Of a stretch of DNA of 63,018 nt, positions 30,751 through 39,049 are shown one piece after another; position 1 is the stretch's first letter; each line of letters starts with the position of its first letter. Source of the stretch: Solirubrobacterales bacterium (GTDB lineage Bacteria > Actinomycetota > Thermoleophilia > Solirubrobacterales > JBBDJG01); NCBI GenBank assembly GCA_040880005.1, contig JBBDJG010000035.1, forward strand, positions 1 to 63,018, given 5' to 3'. Both the position numbers and the translations under genes were made by a program. The notes beneath the pieces are model-generated. The model had not been told where the DNA came from, did no database searches, and saw only the letters and a program-made list of their open reading frames with translations.

Positions 30751-31418
30751 GAGCCGCCGTCGCGATCGCGCGCAAGGACCTGCTCGTCGAGCTGCGCACG
30801 AAGGAGTCGGTGCCGGCGATGTCGCTGTTCGCGATCACGACCTTCGTGGTTTTCCACTTCGGGCTCGACCGCGACACGCTCGAGGGCGAGTTGGCCGCCG
30901 GCGTGCTGTGGGTGACGCTGCTGTTCGCCGCGATCCTCGGCATCAACCGCCTGTTCGTCGCCGAGCGGGAGCAGGGCGGGTTCGACGGGATCCTGATGGC
31001 GCCGGTCGAGCGCACGGCGCTGCTGGCCGGCAAGGCGGCGGCGCTACTGATCTACCTCGTGGCGCTCGAGCTGGTCGCGATCCCGGTGTTCGGGCTGTTC
31101 TTCATCGAGTCCGGGTTCTGGCAGGCGCTGCCGAAGCTGGCCGCGATCGCGTTGCTCGCCGACATCGGGCTCGCGCTGGTCGGCGCGATGCTGGCCTCGA
31201 TCGCGGTCCACACGCGCGCCCGCGACCTGCTGCTGCCACTGCTGCTGCTGCCGCTCGCGGTGCCGGCCGTGATCGCCGCCGCCGCAGCCACCAAGCCCTT
31301 GCTGTCGATTCCGCCAGACAGCGCCGGATTGGGCAAGTGGCTGGCTGTTCTGGCTCTCTATGATGCCGTGTTCGGGCTGATCTCCTACGCCCTGTTCGAC
31401 TTCCTGATGGAGGACTGA
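30747..31418 (+). CDS. ccmB: Heme exporter protein B
   Basis: KDLLVELR, GVLWV, F..EREQG.FDG.L, LLPLLLLPLAVP. Confidence 0.92.
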   Translation: MRAAVAIARKDLLVELRTKESVPAMSLFAITTFVVFHFGLDRDTLEGELAAGVLWVTLLFAAILGINRLFVAEREQGGFDGILMAPVERTALLAGKAAALLIYLVALELVAIPVFGLFFIESGFWQALPKLAAIALLADIGLALVGAMLASIAVHTRARDLLLPLLLLPLAVPAVIAAAAATKPLLSIPPDSAGLGKWLAVLALYDAVFGLISYALFDFLMED

Positions 31419-31434
31419 GCGAAGTGTCCGCTGA

Positions 31435-31537
<103 letters not shown>

Positions 31538-31543
31538 TCCGTC

Positions 31544-32338
31544 TTGTACGGCAAGAACCTACGCTGGCTCGCGTCCGCAACCGTGCTGGCCCTCGGCACG
31601 GCGTTCACGCTCGTCTTCTTCTACGCGCCCAACGATGTCGATCAGGGCTTCGTCCAGAAGATCTTCTACGTCCACGTGCCGCTCGCGATCGTGGCGCTGT
31701 GCGGATTCGTCGCCGCCGGAGTCTTCGGCATCCAGCATCTGCGCACTCGCGACGAAGCGTGGGACGCCCGCTCCTACGTCGCGATCCACATGAGCGTGAT
31801 CTTCGGCGTCGCCGTGCTGGTGACCGGCGCGATCTGGGCCAAGGCGAGCTGGGGCAAGTGGTGGGTCTGGGACGAGCCGACGCTGGTCAGCTTCCTGATC
31901 GTCTTCCTCCTCTACGTGACCTACTACCCGCTGCGCTACTCGATCGACGACCCCGGCCGGCGCGCACGCTTTTCGTCCGCGTTCGCGATCTTCGCCGGGG
32001 CGTTCGTGCCGATCAACTTCCTGGCGGTGCGACTGGCGGAGAACCTCGTCCACCCGCGCGTGCTGAACGCGACCGCCGGCGACATGCCCGGCGAGATGCG
32101 CTTCACGTTCCTGCTGGCGTTGGCGGGCGTGGCGCTCCTCTACGTGACGCTGTTCAAGCTCGAGCTAACCGCCAAGCACACCCGCATGCAGCTCGGCAGG
32201 TTGCGTCGCGCACTCGAAACGCCCCGTGGCGCCGCGCGCGCTCGACCCCGTGTGACCGTCCCGGCCAAGCCAGACCTGATGGTTGGGGACGGCCGTAGGC
32301 CGGCCCTCCAGCATGAGGGGGGATCGAAGGGGGCGTAG
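31544..32338 (+). CDS. ccmC: Heme exporter protein C (cytochrome c biogenesis)
   Basis: IFYVHVP, TGAIWAKASWGKWWVWDEP (WWD domain), HP motif; TTG 31544 preferred over the poly-G-containing start. Confidence 0.92.
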   Translation: MYGKNLRWLASATVLALGTAFTLVFFYAPNDVDQGFVQKIFYVHVPLAIVALCGFVAAGVFGIQHLRTRDEAWDARSYVAIHMSVIFGVAVLVTGAIWAKASWGKWWVWDEPTLVSFLIVFLLYVTYYPLRYSIDDPGRRARFSSAFAIFAGAFVPINFLAVRLAENLVHPRVLNATAGDMPGEMRFTFLLALAGVALLYVTLFKLELTAKHTRMQLGRLRRALETPRGAARARPRVTVPAKPDLMVGDGRRPALQHEGGSKGA

Positions 32339-32348
32339 CCCCCTCGTT
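32283..32348 (+). repeat. Repeat family A, copy 3 (supplies the ccmC C-terminus and stop)
   Basis: GGGGACGGCCGTAGGCCGGCCCTCCAGCATGAGGGGGGATCGAAGGGGGCGTAGCCCCCTCGTT. Confidence 0.9.
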
Positions 32349-32351
32349 ACG

Positions 32352-32525
32352 ATGCCCGCGCTACCGCTCGACGAGGCAGGCAGGTACGTCGCAGGAGCCT
32401 ACGGCGTGTTCGTCGTGCTGATCCTGGTCTATGTCGTAATCATGGCCGCGAAGCTGCAACGCATCGAACGTGAGCTGAGCGTGCTGAGCAAGCTGGCCGA
32501 GAAACGGCGCCACGAGGAGGCGTAG
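32352..32525 (+). CDS. ccmD: Heme exporter protein D-like small membrane protein
   Basis: 57 aa; YVAGAYGV + single TM + charged tail; directly after ccmC. Confidence 0.75.
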   Translation: MPALPLDEAGRYVAGAYGVFVVLILVYVVIMAAKLQRIERELSVLSKLAEKRRHEEA

Positions 32526-32529
32526 AAGC

Positions 32530-33357
32530 ATGGCCGGGCCTTTCGCCCGACTGCGCGAGCGGCTGGCCTCGCCACGCGCAGGCAGCGACGACCCACTCGA
32601 GCGCAGCCGCAAGATGCTGCGCCGCTGGCGCAAGCGCGGCCGCGACTGGCCGAGCCGGCCTTACTATCCCGCGATCCTCGATATCGCTGGGCGACGCGCG
32701 CTGATCGTCGGAGCCGGCGAGATCGGCGAAGGCAAGATCGACGGACTGCTGAAAGGCGGCGCCAAGGTGAAGGTCATCTCCAAGTCGGCGACCGCGAATG
32801 TGCAGCGTTTGGCGCGCGAGGGTCAGATCGATCTCGATCTGCGCCCCTACGAGACGTCGGACCTCGACGGCTGCTTCCTCGTGATCGCCGCAACCGAGGA
32901 CAACAGCGCCAACGTGCGCGTGTTCGAAGACGCCGAGCAGCGCCAGATGCTGTGCAACGTCGTCGACGTGACCCATCTGTGCAACTTCATCCTGCCGTCG
33001 ATCGTGCGACGCGGCGACCTGGCGGTCGCCGTGTCCACTGGCGGGGCGAGCCCGGCGATGGCACGCCGGATCCGCATCGACATCGGGCAAAGGTACGGCG
33101 ACGAGTACGAAGCGGCGATGAAGATCCTCGGCGCGCTGCGGGGCGAGTTCAAGATGCGCTATCCGGCACCCGCCGACCGCAAGGTGATCTTCGAGCGCAT
33201 CGTCTACTCCGATTTCATGCGGATGGTGCGCGAAGGAGACACGGCGGCGATCGAAGCGTGGGTGGAGACGTGCATCGAGGAAGGGCCGAACTACACCTCT
33301 GCCGCAGAGCACCGAGCAATGATCGAGGCCGCATTAAGCTTTCCCCAAGCCCAATGA
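32530..33357 (+). CDS. Precorrin-2 dehydrogenase/sirohydrochlorin ferrochelatase (SirC/Met8/CysG-N)
   Basis: YYP..LD, LIVGAGEIG..K, IAATED, CNVVD...CNFILPS, VSTGGASP; start may be later. Confidence 0.9.
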   Translation: MAGPFARLRERLASPRAGSDDPLERSRKMLRRWRKRGRDWPSRPYYPAILDIAGRRALIVGAGEIGEGKIDGLLKGGAKVKVISKSATANVQRLAREGQIDLDLRPYETSDLDGCFLVIAATEDNSANVRVFEDAEQRQMLCNVVDVTHLCNFILPSIVRRGDLAVAVSTGGASPAMARRIRIDIGQRYGDEYEAAMKILGALRGEFKMRYPAPADRKVIFERIVYSDFMRMVREGDTAAIEAWVETCIEEGPNYTSAAEHRAMIEAALSFPQAQ

Positions 33358-34730
33358 GCGAACTGCTGGCAATCGGAATCTCTCACAAGACCGCGCCGGT
33401 CGAGTTGCGCGAGCGTGTCGCGCTGCCCGAAGGCCGCGCCTCGGGCGTCCTGCGCGAGCTGGTCGCGACCGAGCAGATCGACGAGGCGGTCGCGCTTTCG
33501 ACCTGCAACCGCACCGAGCTGTACATGGCGGTCGGCGACGACGTCGAGGCCGAGACGACCGCTCTCGGCATCCTCGCCCGCCAGGCCGGCATCCGGCCGA
33601 CCGAGCTGGTCGGGCACCTGTACTCGCTGCGCAACGAGGACGCCGTGCGTCATCTGTTCCGCGTCACCTCCGGGCTCGACGCGATGGTCGTCGGCGAGGG
33701 TGAGATCCAGGGTCAGGTCAAGCGCGCCTACGAGCTGGCGCTGGTGGATAACGCAACCAGCGCGATCATGAACCGTTTGTTCCGCGAGGCGCTCGCCGCC
33801 GGCAAACGCGTGCGCACCGAAACCGGTATCGGCGAGGGCAGCCTGTCCGTCAGCGCAGTTGCCGTGCAGCTTGCGCAGGAGACGCTGGGCGACTTGGCCG
33901 GCAAGCGCGTCGTGATCGTCGGGGCCGGCGAGACCGGTGAGCTGACCGCGCGGGCGTTGGCCGAGCGCGGCGTGCGCTCGGTGTTCATGGCCAACCGCCA
34001 CTACGATCGGGCGATCGGGCTGGCACAGCGCTTCGGCGGCCGGGCCGTGCGTTTCGACGACCTGCCCGCGCAGCTCGAGCACGCCGACATCGTCGTCTCC
34101 TCGACCGCCTCTCCCCACCACATCATCGAGAAGGACGACCTCGCCGCGGTGATGTCGGCGCGCGACGGCAGGCCGCTGCTGGTGATCGACATCGCCGTGC
34201 CGCGTGACGTCGATCCTGCCGTCGGCGAGCTGGAGGGTGTGCACCTGCGTGACATCGATGATCTCCAGCGCGTCGTCGAGCAGAACCGCTCCGGCCGCGA
34301 GGCCGAGGTGCGGCGCGCCGAGGGCCTGATCGACCACGAGCTGGACCGCTTCACGCGCTGGCTGGCGACACTCGATGTCGTACCGACCATCGCGGCGTTG
34401 CGCGCACGCGGGCAGGCGATCGCCAGGCAGGTGGTCGCCGAGAACAGCGGGCGCTGGGAATCGATGAGCGAGGCCGACCGCGAGCGCATCGACCTGCTCG
34501 CCGCGGCGATCGTCAAACGCCTCTTCCACCAGCCGATCCTGCGGCTGAAGGAGCGCGACACGGATCAGGCGACCTACGCGTACGTGCAGGCGCTGCGCGA
34601 GCTGTTCGGCCTCGAGACCGGCGCCGGCACGGCGTTCAAGCGCGCGGGTGACGAGGCGAAGCGCTCCGACGAGGCGGGCGGCGAGGTCACGCGCCTGCGC
34701 CCGACCAAGAGCCGCAAGCAGTCCTCGTAA
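33354..34730 (+). CDS. hemA: Glutamyl-tRNA reductase
   Basis: GISHKTAPVELRE, STCNRTELY, SGLDAMVVGE.EI.GQVK, GAGETG, DIAVPRD. Confidence 0.97.
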   Translation: MSELLAIGISHKTAPVELRERVALPEGRASGVLRELVATEQIDEAVALSTCNRTELYMAVGDDVEAETTALGILARQAGIRPTELVGHLYSLRNEDAVRHLFRVTSGLDAMVVGEGEIQGQVKRAYELALVDNATSAIMNRLFREALAAGKRVRTETGIGEGSLSVSAVAVQLAQETLGDLAGKRVVIVGAGETGELTARALAERGVRSVFMANRHYDRAIGLAQRFGGRAVRFDDLPAQLEHADIVVSSTASPHHIIEKDDLAAVMSARDGRPLLVIDIAVPRDVDPAVGELEGVHLRDIDDLQRVVEQNRSGREAEVRRAEGLIDHELDRFTRWLATLDVVPTIAALRARGQAIARQVVAENSGRWESMSEADRERIDLLAAAIVKRLFHQPILRLKERDTDQATYAYVQALRELFGLETGAGTAFKRAGDEAKRSDEAGGEVTRLRPTKSRKQSS

Positions 34731-34731
34731 G

Positions 34732-35613
34732 TTGCGGCTGGGGACCCGCGGAAGCGCGCTTGCGCTCGCCCAGGCGAGTTGGGTGGCCGGCGAGCTGCGT
34801 GCCGCAGGAGCGGCGGAGACGGAGCTGGTCACGATCGCGACCTCCGGCGACCGCGGCGCACCGGTCGGCGACAAGTCGCGCTTCGTGCGCGAGATCGAGC
34901 AGGCGCTCACGGCGGGCGAGATCGACCTGGCCGTGCACAGCGCCAAAGACCTTCCGGGTGAGCTGCCCGAGGACCTCGTGATCGCCGGTGCGCCGGCCGC
35001 CGAGGACGCGCGTGACGCGCTGGTCGGAGCGGGTTCGCTGGAAGAGCTGCGCGAAGGCGCACGCGTCGGTAGCTCCAGCCTGCGCCGGCAGTCGCTGCTG
35101 CTCGCCCACCGGCCCGACCTCGAGATCGTCGCGCTGCGCGGCAACGTCGATACGCGGCTGGGCAAATTGGCGGAGGGCACCTACGATGCGATCGTGCTCG
35201 CACTGGCGGGGCTGCGGCGACTCGGGCGCGAGGCCGAGGCCGGCGCGGCGCTGGATCCCGAACGGTTCGTGCCCGCGCCGGGGCAGGGGATCCTTGCGCT
35301 CGAGGCGCGCATCGACGATGGCGCTGCGCGCGCGGCGGCCGAGTCGATCACCGACACGGATGCGCGGGTGCGGTTGACGGCGGAGCGTGCGGTCGTGGCG
35401 GCGCTCGACGCCAACTGCGATACGCCGGTCGGCGCGCACGCGCGGGTGAACGACGAGAGGCTGGAGCTGATCGCCTACGCCGGGTCGCCCGATGGTCGCG
35501 ACTGGATCACCGATCGCATCGAGCGTCCGCTCGCCGGCCCGACCGCCGTCGGTGACGAGCTGGCGCAACGGATGCTGGCCGCGGGGGCAAAGCAGATCCT
35601 GGGCCGGAAATAG
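34732..35613 (+). CDS. hemC: Hydroxymethylbilane synthase
   Basis: LGTRGSALALAQ, AVHSAKDLP, GSSSLRR, RGNVDTRL, PAPGQG, ANCDTP. Confidence 0.96.
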   Translation: MRLGTRGSALALAQASWVAGELRAAGAAETELVTIATSGDRGAPVGDKSRFVREIEQALTAGEIDLAVHSAKDLPGELPEDLVIAGAPAAEDARDALVGAGSLEELREGARVGSSSLRRQSLLLAHRPDLEIVALRGNVDTRLGKLAEGTYDAIVLALAGLRRLGREAEAGAALDPERFVPAPGQGILALEARIDDGAARAAAESITDTDARVRLTAERAVVAALDANCDTPVGAHARVNDERLELIAYAGSPDGRDWITDRIERPLAGPTAVGDELAQRMLAAGAKQILGRK

Positions 35614-35614
35614 C

Positions 35615-35638
35615 GAGACCCGGCCGAAGCCGGGTCTC
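35615..35638. terminator. GC-rich hairpin after hemC
   Basis: GAGACCCGGC-CGAA-GCCGGGTCTC 10-bp stem right after the stop; no clear U tract. Confidence 0.45.
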
Positions 35639-35939
35639 TCGACCGATGCTTTCGCATCGGCAGTACATTCAATATAGGCCGGAAATCGCGGCCACGCAAC
35701 ACTTATCTCTGAACTTTTGTCCACGCGAAAGAGTCGCGTTACGCCTGTGAATCTGCGCAAACGTCGCACTGCTGGTCATCGACCGGTTGACGCGACGCCA
35801 GGGCTAGCGATCGGCGGACGCAACTACCGGCGGGCGTCGGCCCCGATTGCCCGCCGGCTCATTCTACGACAGAAAGCGAGTTCGCAATATAGCGGCTGCT
35901 CCTCTCTCTGACAACACTTATCGCTACGCTCGGACCCGA

Positions 35940-37454
35940 ATGTCTGAGCATGGAATCGTTCATCTCGTGGGTGCCGGGCCCGGCGATCCCGGGCTCGCAA
36001 CACAACGCGCGCTCGATCTGATCGCGCGGGCCGATGCGGTCGTTCACGACCGGCTCGTCTCGCCCCGTCTGCTGGACGGCGCGCGCGAGCGAGCCGAGCT
36101 GATCTACGTCGGCAAACGGCCCGGCGAGCCGAGCATGCCGCAGGACGAGATCAACGCGTTGCTGGTCGAGCGCGCGGGTCGCGGCCAGCGGGTCGTGCGG
36201 CTGAAGGGCGGCGACCCGTTCGTGTTCGGCCGTGGTGGCGAGGAGGCCGAGGCGCTGACCGAAGCCGGAGTCGCGTTCGAGGTCGTGCCGGGCGTCACCG
36301 CCGGCGTCGCGGCGCCCGCCTACGCCGGAATCCCGGTCACCCACCGCGAGCAGGCCTCGGCGGTCGCGTTCGTGACCGCGCACGAGGATCCCGACAAGGA
36401 CGAGAGCGCGCTCGACTGGGCGGCGCTGGCCGCCTTCCCCGGCACGCTCGTCTTCTACATGGGCGTCAAGCGGCTCGAGGCCGTCGCCGCCAGCCTGATC
36501 GAGCACGGCCGTTCCGCCGCCGAGCCGGCCGCCGTGATCGAGCGCGGCACGTTTGCGCACCAGCGCACGGTCACGGCACCGCTGGGAAAGCTGGCGAAGC
36601 GAGCGGCCGACGAGGGTATCGAGCCTCCGGCAATTACGCTCGTCGGGGCGGTCGCATCACTGCGCGAGCGGCTGGCGTGGTTCGAGCGCGCACCGCTGCG
36701 CGGCAGGACGATCGCGGTCACGCGTGCGCGTGCTCAGGCGAGTGGGCTCGCCGCGCGGCTCGCCGAGCTGGGCGCGGAGGTGATCGAGGCGCCGGCGATC
36801 CGGATAGTGCCGCGCATCGAGACCGAGGAGGTCGGGGAGGCGGTCAGCCGCCTGGTCGCCGGCGACTACGACATCGTCTGCCTGACGAGCCCGAACGGCG
36901 CCGAGCTGCTCTACGAGGCGGTGGCGCTCGAGGATCGCGACGCGCGCGCGTTCGCCGGCACGGCGATCGCGGCGATCGGCCCCGCAACGGCGGCCTCACT
37001 GCTGGAACGCGGGCTGCACGCCGACATCGTGCCGCCGCGCTCGATCGGCGAGTCGCTCGCCGAGGAGCTGCTCGAGCATGGCATGCGCCACAAGCGCGTG
37101 TTGATCGCGCGGGCGCGCGACGCGCGTGACGTGCTGCCCGAAGCGCTCGTCAACGGCGGCGGTGAGGTGGACGTCGTGACGCTCTACGAGACGGTCGGCG
37201 AGCAGCTCGACGACGTGACCATCGCGGCGATCGCCGGCGCCGACTACGTGACCTTCACCAGCTCCTCCACGGTGCGCTACTTCTGCGACGCGATCGGCGG
37301 GCCGGCGCGCTTCCCCGCCAAGGCGCGGGTTGTCTCGATCGGGCCGGTGACGAGCGAGGCCGTACGCGAAGCCGGGCTGCGCGTGGCCGTCGAGGCCGAA
37401 CAGCACGACGTGGACGGGCTGGTCGAGGCGCTGCTCGACGACGCGGCGTCATGA
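35940..37454 (+). CDS. cobA: Fused uroporphyrinogen-III C-methyltransferase/uroporphyrinogen-III synthase (CobA-HemD)
   Basis: LVGAGPGDP, RLKGGDPFVFGRGGEE, VPGVT; HemD half with VTRARAQ, LTSPNG, FTSSSTV, SIGPVT. Confidence 0.95.
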   Translation: MSEHGIVHLVGAGPGDPGLATQRALDLIARADAVVHDRLVSPRLLDGARERAELIYVGKRPGEPSMPQDEINALLVERAGRGQRVVRLKGGDPFVFGRGGEEAEALTEAGVAFEVVPGVTAGVAAPAYAGIPVTHREQASAVAFVTAHEDPDKDESALDWAALAAFPGTLVFYMGVKRLEAVAASLIEHGRSAAEPAAVIERGTFAHQRTVTAPLGKLAKRAADEGIEPPAITLVGAVASLRERLAWFERAPLRGRTIAVTRARAQASGLAARLAELGAEVIEAPAIRIVPRIETEEVGEAVSRLVAGDYDIVCLTSPNGAELLYEAVALEDRDARAFAGTAIAAIGPATAASLLERGLHADIVPPRSIGESLAEELLEHGMRHKRVLIARARDARDVLPEALVNGGGEVDVVTLYETVGEQLDDVTIAAIAGADYVTFTSSSTVRYFCDAIGGPARFPAKARVVSIGPVTSEAVREAGLRVAVEAEQHDVDGLVEALLDDAAS

Positions 37455-38254
37455 TCACGTTCCTGTCCGACTACGGCTCACGCGACGAGTACGTCGGCGT
37501 CTGCCACGGCGTGATCGAGCGCATCGCTCCCGGCACCCTTGTGATCGACGTGACGCACGGCATCCCGCCATGCGACGTGCGCGCCGGCGCGCTCGCCTTG
37601 CGACGGGCGCTGCCGTACCTGCCCAGCGGCGCGGTGCACTTGGCCGTCGTCGATCCCGGCGTCGGCACGCAGCGTCGGCCGCTCGCGATCCGCTGCGCGG
37701 ACGGAGCGAAGTTCGTGGGCCCGGACAACGGTCTGCTGTGGCTCGCCTGCGCCGACAGCGGCGGGGTCGAGTCCGCCGTCGATCTGAGCGTGAGCACGTA
37801 CGCGCTCGACCGGGTCTCGAACACCTTCCAGGGACGCGACCTGTTCGCGCCGGTGGCGGCACGACTGGCACTTGACGCCGCGGTCGAGGACGCCGGGCAG
37901 CCGATCGACCCGGGCTTGCTGACGAAGCTCGAGCTTTCCGCCGCAGCGGTTCGCAGCGGCCAGCTCCACACACAAGTGCTGACGGTGGACAGCTTCGGGA
38001 ATCTTCAGCTCGACGCGACTCCCGATCAGCTCGAGCAGATCGGACTGGCGGCCGAGCCGAGGATCGGCATCGCGATCGGCGGCAACAGGCGCGCGGCCGC
38101 GCATGGACGCACCTTCGCCGACGTTGCGCAGGGCGAGCCGGTCGTGTACGTGGACTCGACCGGCGCGGTCGCGATCGCGATCAATGGCGGCAGCGCCGCT
38201 TCCATCCTGGGTGCGGCGGCGGGAGCGGCAATCGTGCTCGGCCGATGGGACTGA
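37451..38254 (+). CDS. SAM hydroxide adenosyltransferase/halogenase family (DUF62)
   Basis: ITFLSDYG, DVTH, VVDPGVGT.RR, GPDNGLL, TFQGRDLFAP, DSFGN. Confidence 0.92.
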   Translation: MITFLSDYGSRDEYVGVCHGVIERIAPGTLVIDVTHGIPPCDVRAGALALRRALPYLPSGAVHLAVVDPGVGTQRRPLAIRCADGAKFVGPDNGLLWLACADSGGVESAVDLSVSTYALDRVSNTFQGRDLFAPVAARLALDAAVEDAGQPIDPGLLTKLELSAAAVRSGQLHTQVLTVDSFGNLQLDATPDQLEQIGLAAEPRIGIAIGGNRRAAAHGRTFADVAQGEPVVYVDSTGAVAIAINGGSAASILGAAAGAAIVLGRWD

Positions 38255-38991
38255 CGCCGCGCACGCCGGCCGAGGCGTTGGCAGGCCCGATCGTGCACAT
38301 GGGCACGATCGGCTCGACCAACGACCGCGCACGCGAGCTGGCTGCAGCGGGCGCGCCCGATCGGACCGTCCTGGTCGCTGACCGGCAGACCGCCGGCCGC
38401 GGCCGCCAAGGGCGCACCTGGGTCGCCCCGCCCGGACATTCGCTGACCTTCTCGCTGCTCGTTCGCACCGAGGACGACCAGTTGCGCGACCTGCCGATCG
38501 TGGCGGCGGTCGCCGTCTGCGAAGCGTGCGAGCGCATCGCCGGCGTCGAGGCGCAGATCAAGTGGCCAAACGATGTCTGGATCGAGCGGCGCAAGGTCGC
38601 CGGGATCCTGATCGAGGCGCGGCCGCAAGAGAGCTGGGCCGTGGTCGGCGTGGGCGTGAACGTCAACACCAGCGAAGACGAGTTTCCGCCCGAGTTGCGC
38701 GAGAGCGCCACGTCGCTTGCGATCGCGAGCGGATCGGAAGTGTCGCGCGACGAGCTGCTGGACGCGATGTTCGAGCGACTAACCGGCCTGCTCGACGAGC
38801 GACCCGAGGCGGCGCTCGACGCCTATCGCACGCGCGACGCGCTGTTCGATCGGCAGATCGAGTGGTCGAGCGGTGCCGGCACCGCCAAGGGCATCGACGA
38901 GCGCGGCAACCTGGTCGTGTTCACCGGCGAGGGCAAGCGCGTGGCGCTCGACGCCGGCGAGGTGCATTTACATGGTTTGCGGCCGCCGTAG
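38245..38991 (+). CDS. birA: Biotin--protein ligase (no HTH domain)
   Basis: STND, QTAGRGRQGR.W, KWPND, KVAGILIE. Confidence 0.94.
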   Translation: MGLTPRTPAEALAGPIVHMGTIGSTNDRARELAAAGAPDRTVLVADRQTAGRGRQGRTWVAPPGHSLTFSLLVRTEDDQLRDLPIVAAVAVCEACERIAGVEAQIKWPNDVWIERRKVAGILIEARPQESWAVVGVGVNVNTSEDEFPPELRESATSLAIASGSEVSRDELLDAMFERLTGLLDERPEAALDAYRTRDALFDRQIEWSSGAGTAKGIDERGNLVVFTGEGKRVALDAGEVHLHGLRPP

Positions 38992-39043
38992 GCGGACGCT
39001 CCAGCATGAGGGGGGATCGAAGGGGGCGTAGCCCCCCTCGTTG
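38976..39043 (+). repeat. Repeat family A, copy 4 (variant; supplies the birA stop)
   Basis: GCGGCCGCCGTAGGCGGACGCTCCAGCATGAGGGGGGATCGAAGGGGGCGTAGCCCCCCTCGTT. Confidence 0.88.
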
Positions 39044-39049
39044 TATCGG

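Noticed and set aside
35640..35939. 300-nt lower-GC gap between hemC and cobA as a hidden gene or riboswitch
   Set aside because: Only two short hairpins and no credible ORF or recognisable RNA motif
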